Shown one piece after another: positions 13,935 to 25,476 of a stretch of 64,000 nt of DNA (position 1 is its first letter; each line of letters begins with the position of its first letter). Made by a program: the position numbers and the translations under genes. This stretch comes from Mobula hypostoma (taxonomy: Eukaryota), in contig NC_086097.1 of the NCBI RefSeq assembly GCF_963921235.1, positions 146,880,001-146,944,000 on the forward strand. Direction: 5' to 3'. The notes under the pieces are model-generated. The model saw only the letters and a list, made by a program, of their open reading frames with translations, ran no database searches and was not told the origin of the DNA.

Positions 13935-14360
13935 TAAGGATGTGAGTTACAGGGAAGGGTTGAACAGTTTAGGACTCTATTCCCTTGTGTGTAGGAGAAT
14001 AAGGGGAGATTTGATAGAGGTAGACAAAATTATGAGATGTATAGAGAGGGTAAATGCATATAGGCTCTTTCCATTGAGGTTGATGGAAACTAGAACTAGA
14101 GCTTATAGGTTAAGAGTGAAAGGTGAAATGTCTAAGGGGAACATAAGGGCAAACTCCTTCACTCAGAGGATAGTGAGTGTGTGGTTTCAGCTGACAGCAG
14201 AATGGTTGATGTAGGTTTGATTTCGGTTTGAATAATTGTATGGTTTGGAGGGGTGTGGAGGGCTATGATGTAGATGCAGATCAATGGAACTAGACAGATT
14301 AACAATTCAGTATGGGCTGAAGGACTTGTTTCTGTGCTGTAGTGCTCTGTGACTTTGTGA
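13935..14360 (+). mobile_element. CR1 LINE 3' end
   Basis: ORF 13942-14214 SYREGLNSLGLYSL...RGDLIEVDKIM...FTQRIV. Confidence 0.88.
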
Positions 14361-14565
14361 TATCGCCAACAGGGAAATTTGACCAGGTGCTTCGGGTCAT
14401 CAGTTGCCCAAATGACCGTGAAACAAGTTCCACATCAGGATGCAAGTGCTAAGATAGTTCTGCAATATTCTTTAGTTCAGAATTTTAATCCGAGAGATCT
14501 GCAGGTAAATGGGAAATTTGCTTAAATCCTTGTTGCACCCACATCACTGAACAGGCTACCCACAG

Positions 14566-14875
14566 TAGGGCATCCATTAGTCTTACAAGACCATGGATCT
14601 GTGCCTGGAAAGTCTTCACTCTCCAGGGCGCAGGCCTGGGCAAGGTTGTATGGAAGACCAGCAGATGCCCATACTGGGGGTCTCCCCTCTCCATGACACC
14701 GATGTTGTCCAAGGGAAGGGCAAGGGCCGATACAGCTGGGCACCAGTGTCGTCGCAGAGCACTGTGTGGTTAAGTGCCTTGCTCAAGGACACAACACGCT
14801 GCCTCGGCTGGGGCTTGAACTCAAGACCTTCAGATCGCTAGTCCAATGCCTTAACCACTTGGCCACGTGCCCAAG
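14566..14875 (-). mobile_element. tRNA-derived SINE with an RTE-like body and tail
   Basis: Minus-strand head gggcacgtggccaagtggttaaggc...gagttcaagcc has Pol III A and B boxes, followed by gtgttgtgtccttgagcaaggcacttaacc. Confidence 0.8.
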
Positions 14876-15557
14876 TGGTTAAGGCACTGGACCCACAACA
14901 ACTCCAATTTTCAGCCTAATCTTGACACAACCCCATTTGTAACCCTTGCACAATCCCCTCTAATGTGTTATTGCTGCTGACACCTTCCCCTCAACAGTCA
15001 TTGTTCGGACCTTTCAAACCCATCCCTCCCCCACCTCTGACAATGACCTTGATACCCCATCCCCAAGAATGATTGTAATCCAAAAAATGACTGCAATCCA
15101 ACCCTTGTCTGATGCTTTTTGCTATCCAGTCTCTTCCAGCTTCCACACCTGGCCCAATCCCAAACAATCTACTTAAATTATATGTCCCAACACCGAATAT
15201 TCTGCTGTTCACCCTGCTATTCCCCCCATCAAATAACTTCATGTTGGGCAAGAATCTTAGCTGACTCTTGAATACAGCATTGGAAGATGAACACTTTTAT
15301 GCATGAAATTGTGCAACACCAAGAAACTTGCAGCCAAAGCAAGACATTCACTGTTCCACTGTATTAACACCCAATCAATGCATTCTTTGCAGAACCTCTA
15401 TGCAGTTGTTACTGCGAAAAGTCAATCAGAATTCATTTGTGTTAAAAACCAAAGATAAATCTCGTGGAACAGACAAGTGATTTATCTTTGCAGGGAGATG
15501 ATACCCCTAATTGACCATAATTCAATTAAATCAGCACCACTGCATTCACATACTTAC

Positions 15558-15630
15558 CAGCAGTACCAGTACCACTGGGCCTTGAACAATGTAGTCCATA
15601 TGATGCCCTGCTGCTATTCCAATCCAACAT
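15558..15630 (-). CDS. CRHR2: CRH receptor exon (73 nt), ECL2-TM5: (E)CWIGIAAGHHMDYIVQGPVVLVLL
   Basis: tatgtttatag|ATGTTGG...CTGCTG|gtaagt. Phase 2/0, with a CW.G....DYI.QGP..LVLL pattern. Confidence 0.92.
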
Positions 15631-17093
15631 CTATAAACATAAAGACTCATGTAAATTGCCATTGGCCTTGTTCCAACACAATCCTCTGCTGACAGGCTGA
15701 GTTATTTAGATGAGTTACTGCAGCAATATACTATAAAATAACACAAAGCTGAAGGTAATGGCAGGAAAAGTGGGAGGAGGGTGCTAATTACAATGACTAC
15801 TGTAAATTATGCAAATATCTTGTTAATTACTAAATTAGGAATTTCTATTGGCAATTTGTTAATACAGCTAAAATGCTTCAAATAAATATTTTCCACCATG
15901 AAATATGATGGTTGCTGGCTCAGTTACAACCACTGATATCATTCAATAGCAAATTAACATGATCACTAATACCTAGCAAAGGCATCACCTAATATACATG
16001 CAGACCCAGAAAATAAAGGTACGTGTTGTCAACTAATATTAGTCAGTTATGGTTGACTTATAGTATATCTGGGTTGAACAGCAAAAAAATCAGTCAGGGA
16101 CGCTACTTCAGATCCCTGTTGAAAAGATCACATGTAGGTCTTGCAGGAAGAAAATAAAAGTCAGGCATATTTGTGATAACAACCACAGGTCAACTAGCCT
16201 AGCAATTTTCATGGGAAGAGACTGGGTGCTCTAAAAGCAACTAGGAGAAAACTCCAGAAGAAAGCAAAAATCTTGATGTAAAAACCATAAATAGTTCCTA
16301 CTGTCATATGGATATTTATCAAAATCTTTGTTATCAGTTTTCCATCCCCGGTCTCCAGCCAAAATGCTACATCCATAGTTCATCAGAAGGTCAGCAGATT
16401 TTTGTGCACTACCAGCGTTTCCACTGTCCTTGGCAATACTCAGATGGGAAGCAGAGGAAACACAGGGATCTTTGTAGGGCAAAGGGTATTTTTCAATTAT
16501 ATTACATAGTTCCAATTAAAGAAGCAGTAATGATGTACAAAAATTTCTTCTATTATGGAACATAGTTATGATTCTAAGCCGAATACTGAATATTGAAGAA
16601 CTCAGGGTGGGAGATTCCAGAGCTTTCCCTTCCATTTAAGGCATTGATAAGCAAAGGCTGGAAGGCAACTAGAAAACCATGTTGCACCAATAGAATCTAT
16701 GCCTTAAATCCTTACAGATCTCAATAACTATTACTTCATCCTCAGCCACAATCATACAATCTCTTGAGCCTTAAATTTTATTCAAGCATTTTCTGCATAC
16801 TTCACGCTTTGCCCTTTATGAAATCTTCACAAGTATGTTCTTGTCTCCTGCATTTCTCTTTTCAAAATTGCTCTACCTTCAAACTTTTAAGGAATTAATT
16901 AAATAGAAATTGATGATGCTGACTATTACCACTTTAATTGTCAGCCAACTCTTGTTTCACTATTTGGCAGGACATGGGAAAAATAGAATATCCTTATCTA
17001 TGTAAAGAGCTTTTTAAAATTGGGTTTTTCCTCTGTGCATTAAAGAAAAGCGTATTATAAAGCACACAAATTTCCTTGACTTCTTGTACTTAC

Positions 17094-17154
17094 TCTGTAT
17101 TCTCGTAGTAGAGTTTTCCTATGACCCAGGCTACAATGATGGGACAAGGGATAC
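17094..17154 (-). CDS. CRHR2: CRH receptor exon (61 nt), TM4: (C)IPCPIIVAWVIGKLYYENT(E)
   Basis: ttcttccatag|GTATCC...ACAGA|gtaagt. Phase 1/2 is consistent, and the PIIVAW.IGKLYY motif is present. Confidence 0.95.
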
Positions 17155-18070
17155 CTATGGAAGAAAAATATCATTGTTCAAGAGAATGCAGGCAGTTTTT
17201 GACAGAATGGATTTCAGTTGTAAATTGATGCCACGTTCTTGTACATAGCATATTGAACAGAGAATAGATTGTTAATTTCTGTTTCTGACAACGTGTGGCA
17301 TGGAAGGTGTGACTGGAACAAAGTGGGACATTTTAGATCTGCATGTTATCGCCAAAGTTTGTCATTTACAGTGTTGGACTATGCTTCATAGTGGGTAATG
17401 TTCCCACAACATAGACCCTTCAGTTTTCAGAGCATCTTCAATTTCCCTCACCTGTCACTGCATCAAGCAAGTATGGTGCAATCTGAGGGAGCGGGGTCAA
17501 TTATGGTCACACTCAACCTCCTGCTTTGCTGCTGTACTCACCATTGAATCTAGCAGCAGCTCTAGAACAGGCTGAGCTGAACAGCCCTTAACTTTATACC
17601 AGCCATGGCTGATTTACAGTGTGACCATTTATTTGATTGGGGTAACTAGCCTTCATTGAAATGTGCATTTAGCTAAGAATTTTTTTTTTGTTTTTAACTA
17701 TTATATATGATCATTTCTAAATTAATGAACTGTAAAACAATGTTTTAACCGAATTATTTTACTGATATTTATAATCTATTTCAACTGAGTTAAATGTCTC
17801 TAGAGGTTCATTCAGTAAGACTGTGCTGGGAGCAGGGCCTCAGGGCCTCAGGCTGCCATTTCATAGATGGCCAATGGAATGGGTACCTCTCACACGGCCT
17901 ACTTGAGCAAGTAAGTACATCTGTAAAACTAGCACAAGGGCGGAGTACCATCAATAAATTTAACTGAGTCTAATATGGCCCACTATTCATGTGCCAGTGT
18001 CCGTGTTAAGTATATTTATCTTACATTACTTATCTGTCTCAATCAGACCATCAAAAGATCCCTTACTTAC

Positions 18071-18224
18071 ACCATCCAATGAACAGAAATTTCCATTTGC
18101 GCATTTTGTCTGTGGAATAGGTCATCACTATAGCTGTATGGAGATAACATCCCTCCACAAACATCCAGAAGAAATTAGTCACCACAAAGTAGTTGTAGAT
18201 TGTTATGACAAGACGGCACCAGGG
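18071..18224 (-). CDS. CRHR2: CRH receptor exon (154 nt), TM3-ICL2-TM4: [51 protein letters not shown](C)
   Basis: tttcttttag|CCCTGG...GATGGT|gtaagt. [18 protein letters not shown] is CRHR2-type; CRHR1 has [14 protein letters not shown]. Confidence 0.96.
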
Positions 18225-18530
18225 CTAAAAGAAATAGATTAAACAATTCAGTTTTCACACATAGGTACATACACAAACTTACAGTGTGGAAACCCATCAA
18301 ATAACCTGCAGACTGGTGACCTGGGTACCGAGAACAAGAAGCCTAGTTTGAGGCTCCCAGCACAGTGTTGAATTCTGCACCTTTAACAATTCTATTGGCT
18401 TATTATTATCATATGTACTAAGATACAGTGAAAAGTTTGTCTTGCATACTGCTCGTACAGATCAAATCATTACATAGCTCACTGAGGCTCAAGTTAAAGT
18501 TCAAGTTTAATTGCCTTTCTGCCATACAGG

Positions 18531-19214
18531 TGAAACACCCTGGTTTCTTTGGTTGTGTAAGTCTAAGGAAGACAACCTCTGGCCCTGACAAACCCGTGAG
18601 ACTGAGGCACGCTCAGTCCCACCCCAAACCTCGGTTTGTGTGGATGCTGTGGCGTTTGCTACCCTGTAACAAATTAATGCCACGAAATAACGGACAGTAC
18701 ACTGCATACGATTAAAGGAATTATATTTATGAATCTTAACTAAAGGGTTAGTAAAGAATAACAATAAGAAAAGGGCCCATTCTAATTAAACAGTCAAATG
18801 TGTACAACTTGGAGCTCATCTTGAACTTCTCTGCCACTCACGCGCTGGGCCCTCGGTCAACGTGAAAGTACACACCACCTTCCGAATGTCGCTTGCAATC
18901 CATCTTGAAAAAACGGGTCTCCCACTGGACCGTATGCTACAACCGGTTCTCCCCAGCATCTTCTCTCTCCGTCTCCTCTCAAACAAAAGAAAACCCCGAG
19001 CCTAACCTTAGTGTCCCTCACCAGAGAAACCTCTCCTTCAATTTGACCATCCTAACTGGATGGCACACATTTCTCCTCATCTCTTATCTTCAACAATAAC
19101 CCAAACATAAGCTGAAAACAAGCAACTCTCACAGAATTGCCAAAATGAAATACAGAACAGCACAAAATGAAATACATACAACATAACAGTAAAAATATGA
19201 ATCAGGACATTACA
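18531..19214. mobile_element. Probable solo LTR inserted into a LINE-tail repeat
   Basis: TG...CA ends with imperfect terminal inverted repeats (tgaaacaccctg / caggacattaca) and 4-bp flanks cagg/catg. It splits the host repeat ...ccataca|catgaatacagcc..., which is seen uninterrupted in related form near 37730 and 20545. Confidence 0.6.
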
Positions 19215-20756
19215 CATGAATACAGCCAAGTGAAGCAGCCAAGGTGCAAAACAAGGTACCAACATTCACACACAGCATATATAACACATATAAGATGGCA
19301 ATAAAATACAGTCACACACAAAATATAGCCCGAGTGCCTGAATCCATCAGTCTGCAGTCAAATGCAATCCAGCTTGTCTTCTGGCAAGCGAACACTAGAG
19401 AACGACACTGACTCCAGCACGGACACCACGATCCAGTGCCCCCCGCACTCCTGTGGACCACCCAACTCTGACGCGCCCCCCCCCCGCAGGCTGCTGCAAA
19501 CAGGCAACACTGCGGCTTGAGGTTTAGTCCGCACTACGAACACCCCCGCCATCCCACCCACTGTTCGTCAATAGACCAAAGAATTACACTTGCAACATTC
19601 CACGCCACCAATGTCCAAAAGGGTCTTGCGATCGCAAGAAAGGCATCTTAAGATGATCACTCACTGTTGGATCTCCTACCTCCTTCACACACTGACAACT
19701 CTCAGTTGCAGGCAGTATCACAGTCTGCACCAAGTCCATCTCCTTCAGTTTCTCCACCAATTAACAACCTGCTGATGGGGTAGGTTCTTAATAACCAGCT
19801 GAGTCTTCCAATCATAAAAGAAAATGTTTAAAAAAGACAATAACACCTTTGGTTGACCCTGTAGGAGCTGCTGCATCTGAGTACGCTGCCATCATAACAG
19901 AAGCTCTTGTTAGAGCAAGGTAAAACAATAACAACACAAAATAAAATTATAGGCAGAGAATTTAGATTTAAAAGAGTAGAATGATTATAGTGGAAGTAAT
20001 GGGTTGATCTGCAGGGAGCAGCTTACAAGTCACCATGCTCTGGCTCCATATCAGTTCTTGTGCCATCTTAGCCTGAAAAGCCCAGGGTGAATCTTGGTAT
20101 CAGGTACTGTATAATTACACTCAGATGCAAATTTTTGCTGAGGTCTCACTGCCTATTTCCTTCTCTAATCCCTCTTTCCCATTTCTTATGCTCTTTTCCC
20201 TCTCTATTCATTTTTCTTTCCATTGCTCCATTCCTCGCATTGGCTGATAACCTCCCAAATTGCTTTTTAATTATTAGCAGTCTGGATTATAGTCCCCAGT
20301 GTGCCTTTCAACCACTGAGGATATTCCAGTCAGGTTGCTTAAGATCTGACTATGAATCTCACTGTACAGCTCTTGTGCAACTTCTCCAAACTCAAGGGGC
20401 TGAGGCTGGGACTCTCCTGGCCTTCAGAGGCCTGCAATTCAATGGATAGTGAAATTGACTCTTACACTCTGAGAGAAGCATTCAAGACAAACAGCATATA
20501 AATCATCTTTTCTCTATGCCAGTTCAAAGCCTATTGTGGTAATTCAAGTTCAAGTTCAAGTACATGAATACTGTCAAATAAAACATTCCTCTAAGGCCAA
20601 GGTGCAAAACATATTACCAACAGCACACCGCACATAGCACAAGTAGCACATATGGTAACAATTTCAGAAAACCATGCAGTCACAAAGAAAAGAAAATATA
20701 TAGCATAAGTCCCTGAATGGCATAACTGCAGACTGACGGCAAGTTCTTCTTTCATT

Positions 20757-20804
20757 GAGTGAACACGAGACTGCAGCACCGAGTGAACACGAGACTGCAG
20801 CACC
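20757..20804. repeat. Perfect tandem duplication, 2 x 24 bp
   Basis: gagtgaacacgagactgcagcacc repeated twice. Confidence 0.9.
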
Positions 20805-21204
20805 CAACCTAGTATGAATTATGGCATGTCCATAGAGGCCACTGCTCTCTCCCATTCCACCTCCAGAATCTCAACACAAAAGGTGACCCGTAGCGAGAGC
20901 CCAGTCCTCGCCGCAACTGAGATAACGCAGGTCCCCTGCTGTCAGTGTCACTGATGACTCAATGAACCAGACTTTAACTATTCTACATTACCAATGTCTA
21001 ACAGGGTCTCGCGATCCCAATAAAAATGTCAAAGAGAATCATTCACACCGTGCATTGTCAACAGCAGACAACAACACAGCAATAGTATGCAATAATTCCA
21101 GCTCCATCGCTATGGAGCAACTTGCTGGTAGGATACTCCTGCATTACTTGATGTTCTTAGTATCCAACAATGGCTTTCAATTGTATAAAAGGACGAATAA
21201 ATAT

Positions 21205-21690
21205 AGGTTAATTCCCGGGATGGCGGGACTGTCATATGTTGAAAGAGTGGAGCGACTGGTGTTGTATACACTGGAATTTAGAAGGATGAGAGGGGATTTG
21301 ATTGAAACATATAACATTATTAAGGGATTGGACACACTAGAGGCAGGAAACATGTTCCCGATGTTGGGAGAGTCCAGAACCAGAGGGCCCAGTTTAAGAA
21401 TAAAGGGTAGGCAATTTAGAACGGAGTTGAGGAAAATCTTTTTCACACAGAGGGTTGTGGATCTGTGGAATGCTCTGCCTCAGAAGGCAGTGGAGGCCAG
21501 TTCTCTGGATTCTTTCAAAAAAGAGTTAGATAGAGCTCTTAAAGATAGCGGAGTGAAGGGATATGGGGAGAAGGCAGGAGAAGGGTACTGATTGTGGATG
21601 ATCAGCCATGATCACAGTGAATGCTGGTGCTGGCTCGAAGGGCTGAATGGCCTACTCTTGCACCTATTGTCTATTGACTATTGTCTATCT
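21205..21690 (+). mobile_element. Young CR1 LINE 3' end
   Basis: RLIPGMAGLSYVER...RGDLIETYNII...FFTQRVVDLWNALP is intact in the C-terminal half of ORF 20962-21591, with a (ctattgt)n tail. Confidence 0.92.
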
Positions 21691-21846
21691 TTGATTGGAT
21701 GGAGAGTGGCTGCCGCATCCGGGTGAACAGCCATCTTACAGATGATCCTTGCTGACATCTGCGAACTCAGCAACTGATCAGAAGAGATTCTGGTCTGAAA
21801 TGCTGAGTTACATATTAGCCAGGCACTTACCATTGTAAGAGCTTAC

Positions 21847-21964
21847 CTCATTTCTCTCATGTACTTCAGCATCAATTAATTGCATCAGGAACCACAGAAT
21901 ATTCCTCAAAATGAAAGTGGTTATCAGATTCCAATGAATGATATTCCGAAGGCATCTAATACTC
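21847..21964 (-). CDS. CRHR2: CRH receptor exon (118 nt), ICL1-TM2-ECL1: (R)[39 protein letters not shown]
   Basis: gcacag|GAGTA...AATGAG|gtaagc. [13 protein letters not shown] is the CRHR signature; LITTFILRN and the 118-nt length are CRHR2-like. Confidence 0.95.
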
Positions 21965-22099
21965 CTGTGCCAGCCAAAACAAAGAAAGACTGATCAGTTA
22001 AAATTGTACTAGGCTTCCCCAAGCATGATGTTTAAAGGTTAGGCATAGTTATTTATAAGGCAGCCTATAAAACAATGGAAGGCATACCTTAAAAAAACA

Positions 22100-25000
22100 C
22101 TGCTCCCCATCTGTAATTTCTTCGGCTCTTCAACTTTTCGACCACACTTTGACTCAGACTCGCTATCACAGCCATATATCCTTTCTTGGAACGTGCCTCC
22201 GTCGCCAACTTACTCCAGTTGGCTTTAGGATTCGTTTCCAAGCCTCTCAATTTGGACCTTCTGAGGATCCCAGGTACTCACATTTTATTGACTCTGCCTC
22301 TTGCCGCTTCTCCCGTCAAGCTCTGAAGGCGACGCTCTCCGCCATGAGGAGGTACTTGGTGTCCCTATCCCAGACCCTTCCACACCTTCGGGACACTTTC
22401 TTCGCCGTGTGTAATGGTCCTACCCGTTATTTCATCCTCCGTCGGATTGACGCCTGCAATCGCCGTTTTTTTGACTTTGTCATGTTAGGCAAAGATCGCA
22501 AGATCCTACATCTACGGACTCCAGAGCCTGCCGGCCCCAACGCTAGCAGGCATGAACTTCAAATTGCGGCCCCTGCCATTGATCTCAGCGGCTCCAACAC
22601 CTCAGGACATATTCAAAACCCGGACTCCAGCAACGACCATGGACACCTTCACAGCGATTGCACAACCACCAACTGCGACTCCAGCCTTGAACTCCAGGCC
22701 AGGTCTTTATGTGCTGCTGTTGTGACTCCCGTCTCCCCTTCCCCCACCACCACTCCGCAGCCCCGTCTTCCTCAGATCCCACCGTCAGCTCCTGGGCCCT
22801 CAGAGGCTCCATCTTCCTCTCACCCCAACCCTCCCCTCTCCACTGACACCCCCAGCCTCCCCCCTCCCCCCTCTGATCCCAGCTCTCATCCGTGCCGGGT
22901 CTTTACCATCCCCTCCGACCTTCAACTGTCGGAGGCAGACGCTCTGTTCTCAGTAAGGGCCTCACGTTTGTCCCCCTTCGCCCACACCTCAGCGAGTTCC
23001 GTGTTCGCCACGATGCGGAACTTTTCTTCCGCCGTCTCCGTCTCCGAGCCTACTTCTTCGGCAAGGACTCTTCCACCCCCACCGAAGACCCCTTCTCCCG
23101 TCTTCAACCCTCCTCTTCTTCATGGACACCCCGCTCTGGTCTTCTGCCTGCTCTGGATCTCTTTATTGCTAACTGCCGACGGGACATCAACCGTCTCGAC
23201 TTCACCGCACCTTGTCCCCATTCCAACCTCACTCCTTCGGAACGCTCTGCTCTCCACTCCCTCCGCACTATTCCTAACCTTATTATTAAACCCGCCGATA
23301 AGGGGGGTGCTGTTGTAGTCTGGCAGACTGACCTCTACCTTGCCGAGGCACAGCGACAACTCGCGGATACCTCCTCTTATTTACCCCTCGATTGTGACCC
23401 CACTAAGGAGCACCAGGCCATTGTCTCCCACACCATCACCGACTTTATCCACTCAGGGGATCTCCCATCCACTGCTACCAACCTTATAGTTCCCACACCC
23501 CGCACTTCCCGTTACTACCTCCTACCCAAGATCCACAAACCTGCCTGTCCTGGCCGACCTATTGTCTCAGCTTGCTCCTGCCCCACTGAACTCATTTCTG
23601 CATACCTCGACACTGTTTTATCACCCCTTGTTCAATCCCTTCCGACCTATGTTCGTGACACTTCTCACGCTCTTAAACTTTTCGATGATTTTAAGTTCCC
23701 TGGTCCCCACCGCTTTATTTTCACCGTGGATGTCCAGTCCTTATATACTTCCATCCCCCATCAGGAAGGTCTCAAAGCTCTACGCTTCTTTTTGGATTCC
23801 AGACCTAATCAGTTCCCCTCTACCACCACTCTGCTCCGTCTAGCGGAATTAGTCCTTACTCTTAATAATTTCTCCTTTGGCTCCTCCCATTTCCTCCAAA
23901 CTAAAGGTGTAGCTATGGGCACCCGTATGGGTCCTAGCTATGCCTGCCTTTTTGTTGGGTTTGTGGAACAATCTATATTCCGTGCCTATTCTGGTATCCG
24001 TCCCCCACTTTTCCTTCGCTACATCGACGACTGCATTGGCGCTGCTTCCTGCACGCATGCAGAACTCGTTGACTTTATTAACTTTGCCTCCAACTTTCAC
24101 TCTGCCCTCAAGTTTACCTGGTCCATTTCCGACACCTCCCTCCCCTTTCTAGATCTTTATGTCTCTGTCTCTGGAGACAGCTTATCCACTGATGTCTACT
24201 ATAAGCCTACTGACTCTCACAGCTATCTGGACTACTCCTCTTCTCACCCTGTCTCTTGCAAAAACGCCATCCCCTTCTCGCAATTCCTCCGTCTCCGCCG
24301 CATCTGTTCTCAGGATGAGGCTTTTCATTCTAGGACGAGGGAGATGTCTTCCTTTTTTAAAGAAAGGGGCTTCCCTTCCTCCACTATCAACTCTGCTCTT
24401 AAACGTATCTCCCCCATTTCACGTACATCTGCTCTCACTCCATCCTCCCACCACCCCACTAGGAATAGGGTTCCCCTGGTCCTCACCTACCACCCCACCA
24501 GCCTCCGGGTCCAACATATTATTCTCCGTAATTCCGCCACCTCCAACGGGATCCCACCACTAAGCACATCTTTCCCTCCCCCCCCCTCTGCATTCCGCAG
24601 GGATCGCTCCCTACACAACTCCCTTGTCCATTCGTCCCGCCCATCCCTCCCCACTGATCTCCCTCCTGGCACTTATCCGTGTAAGCGGAACAAGTGCTAC
24701 ACATGCCCTTACACTTCCTCCCTTACCACCATTCAGGGCCCCAAACAGTCCTTCCAGGTGAGGCATCACTTCACCTGTGAGTCGACTGGGGTGATATACT
24801 GCGTCCGGTGCTCCCGATGTGGCCTTTTATATATTGGTGAGACCCGACGCAGACTGGGAGACCGCTTTGCTGAACATCTACGCTCTGTCCACCAGAGAAA
24901 GCAGGATCTCCCAGTGGCCACACATTTTAATTCCACATCCCATTCCCATTCTGACATGTCTGTCCACGGCCTCCTCTACTGTGGAGATGAAGCCACACTC

Positions 25001-25476
25001 AGGTTGGAGGAACAACACCTTATATTCCGTCTGGGTAGCCTCCAACCTGATGGCATGAACGTCGACTTTCTAACTTCCGCTAAGGCCCCACCTCCCCCTC
25101 GTACCCCATCTGTTACTCATTTTTATGCACACATTCTTTCTCTCACTCTCCTTTTTCTCCCTCTGTCCCTCTGAATATACCTCTTGCCCATCCTCTGGGT
25201 CACCCCCCCCCTTGTCTTTCTTCCCGGACCTCCTGTCCCATGATCCTCTCGTATCCCCTTTTGCCTATCACCTGTCCAGCTCTCGGCTCTAACCCTCCCC
25301 CTCCTGTCTTCTCCTATCATTTTGGATCTCCCCCTCCCCCTCCAACTTTCAAATCCCTTACTCACTCTTCCTTCAGTCAGTCCTGACGAAGGGTCTCGGC
25401 CTGAAACGTCGACTGCACCTCTACCTATAGATGCTGCTTGGCCTGCTGCGTTCACCAGCAACTTTGATGTGTGTTG
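22100..25476 (+). mobile_element. Penelope-like retroelement (probably Neptune-type), near full length: RT plus GIY-YIG endonuclease, with a few frameshifts
   Basis: ORF 22892-25174 has RT motifs FTVDVQSLYTSI, QTKGVAMGTRMGPSYA and LRYIDD, a Cys linker PCKRNKCYTC, and GVIYCVRCSRCGLLYIGET (GIY-YIG). The N-terminal part is in overlapping ORF 22149-23318. TSD cttaaaaaaaca at 22088-22099 and 25477-25488. Confidence 0.93.
25378..25415 (+). ncRNA. Minimal type I hammerhead ribozyme in the 3' terminal repeat of the Penelope-like element
   Basis: CAGUC (stem I) - CUGACGA core - AGG/GUCUCGG/CCU (stem II) - GAA - palindromic ACGU (stem III) - C (cleavage after GUC) - GACUG (stem I partner). Confidence 0.8.

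Noticed and set aside
14800..14875. tRNA gene
   Set aside because: A and B boxes are present, but the sequence continues into a SINE body and lacks a proper acceptor stem.
16231..16515. Minus-strand ORF with exon-like ends (DPCVSSASH...DFDKYPYD) between the 61-nt and 73-nt exons
   Set aside because: Its open frame needs phase 1 but the intron is phase 2, where inclusion hits a stop. The donor is weak and there is no recognisable homology.
20962..21591. 209-aa ORF as a host gene
   Set aside because: The C-terminal half is a CR1 ORF2 end, and the N-terminal half is flanking repeat sequence that is open by chance.
22149..23318. Separate Pro/Ser-rich 389-aa protein or ORF1
   Set aside because: Better explained as the N-terminus of the single Penelope ORF, displaced by a 1-nt indel near 22939.
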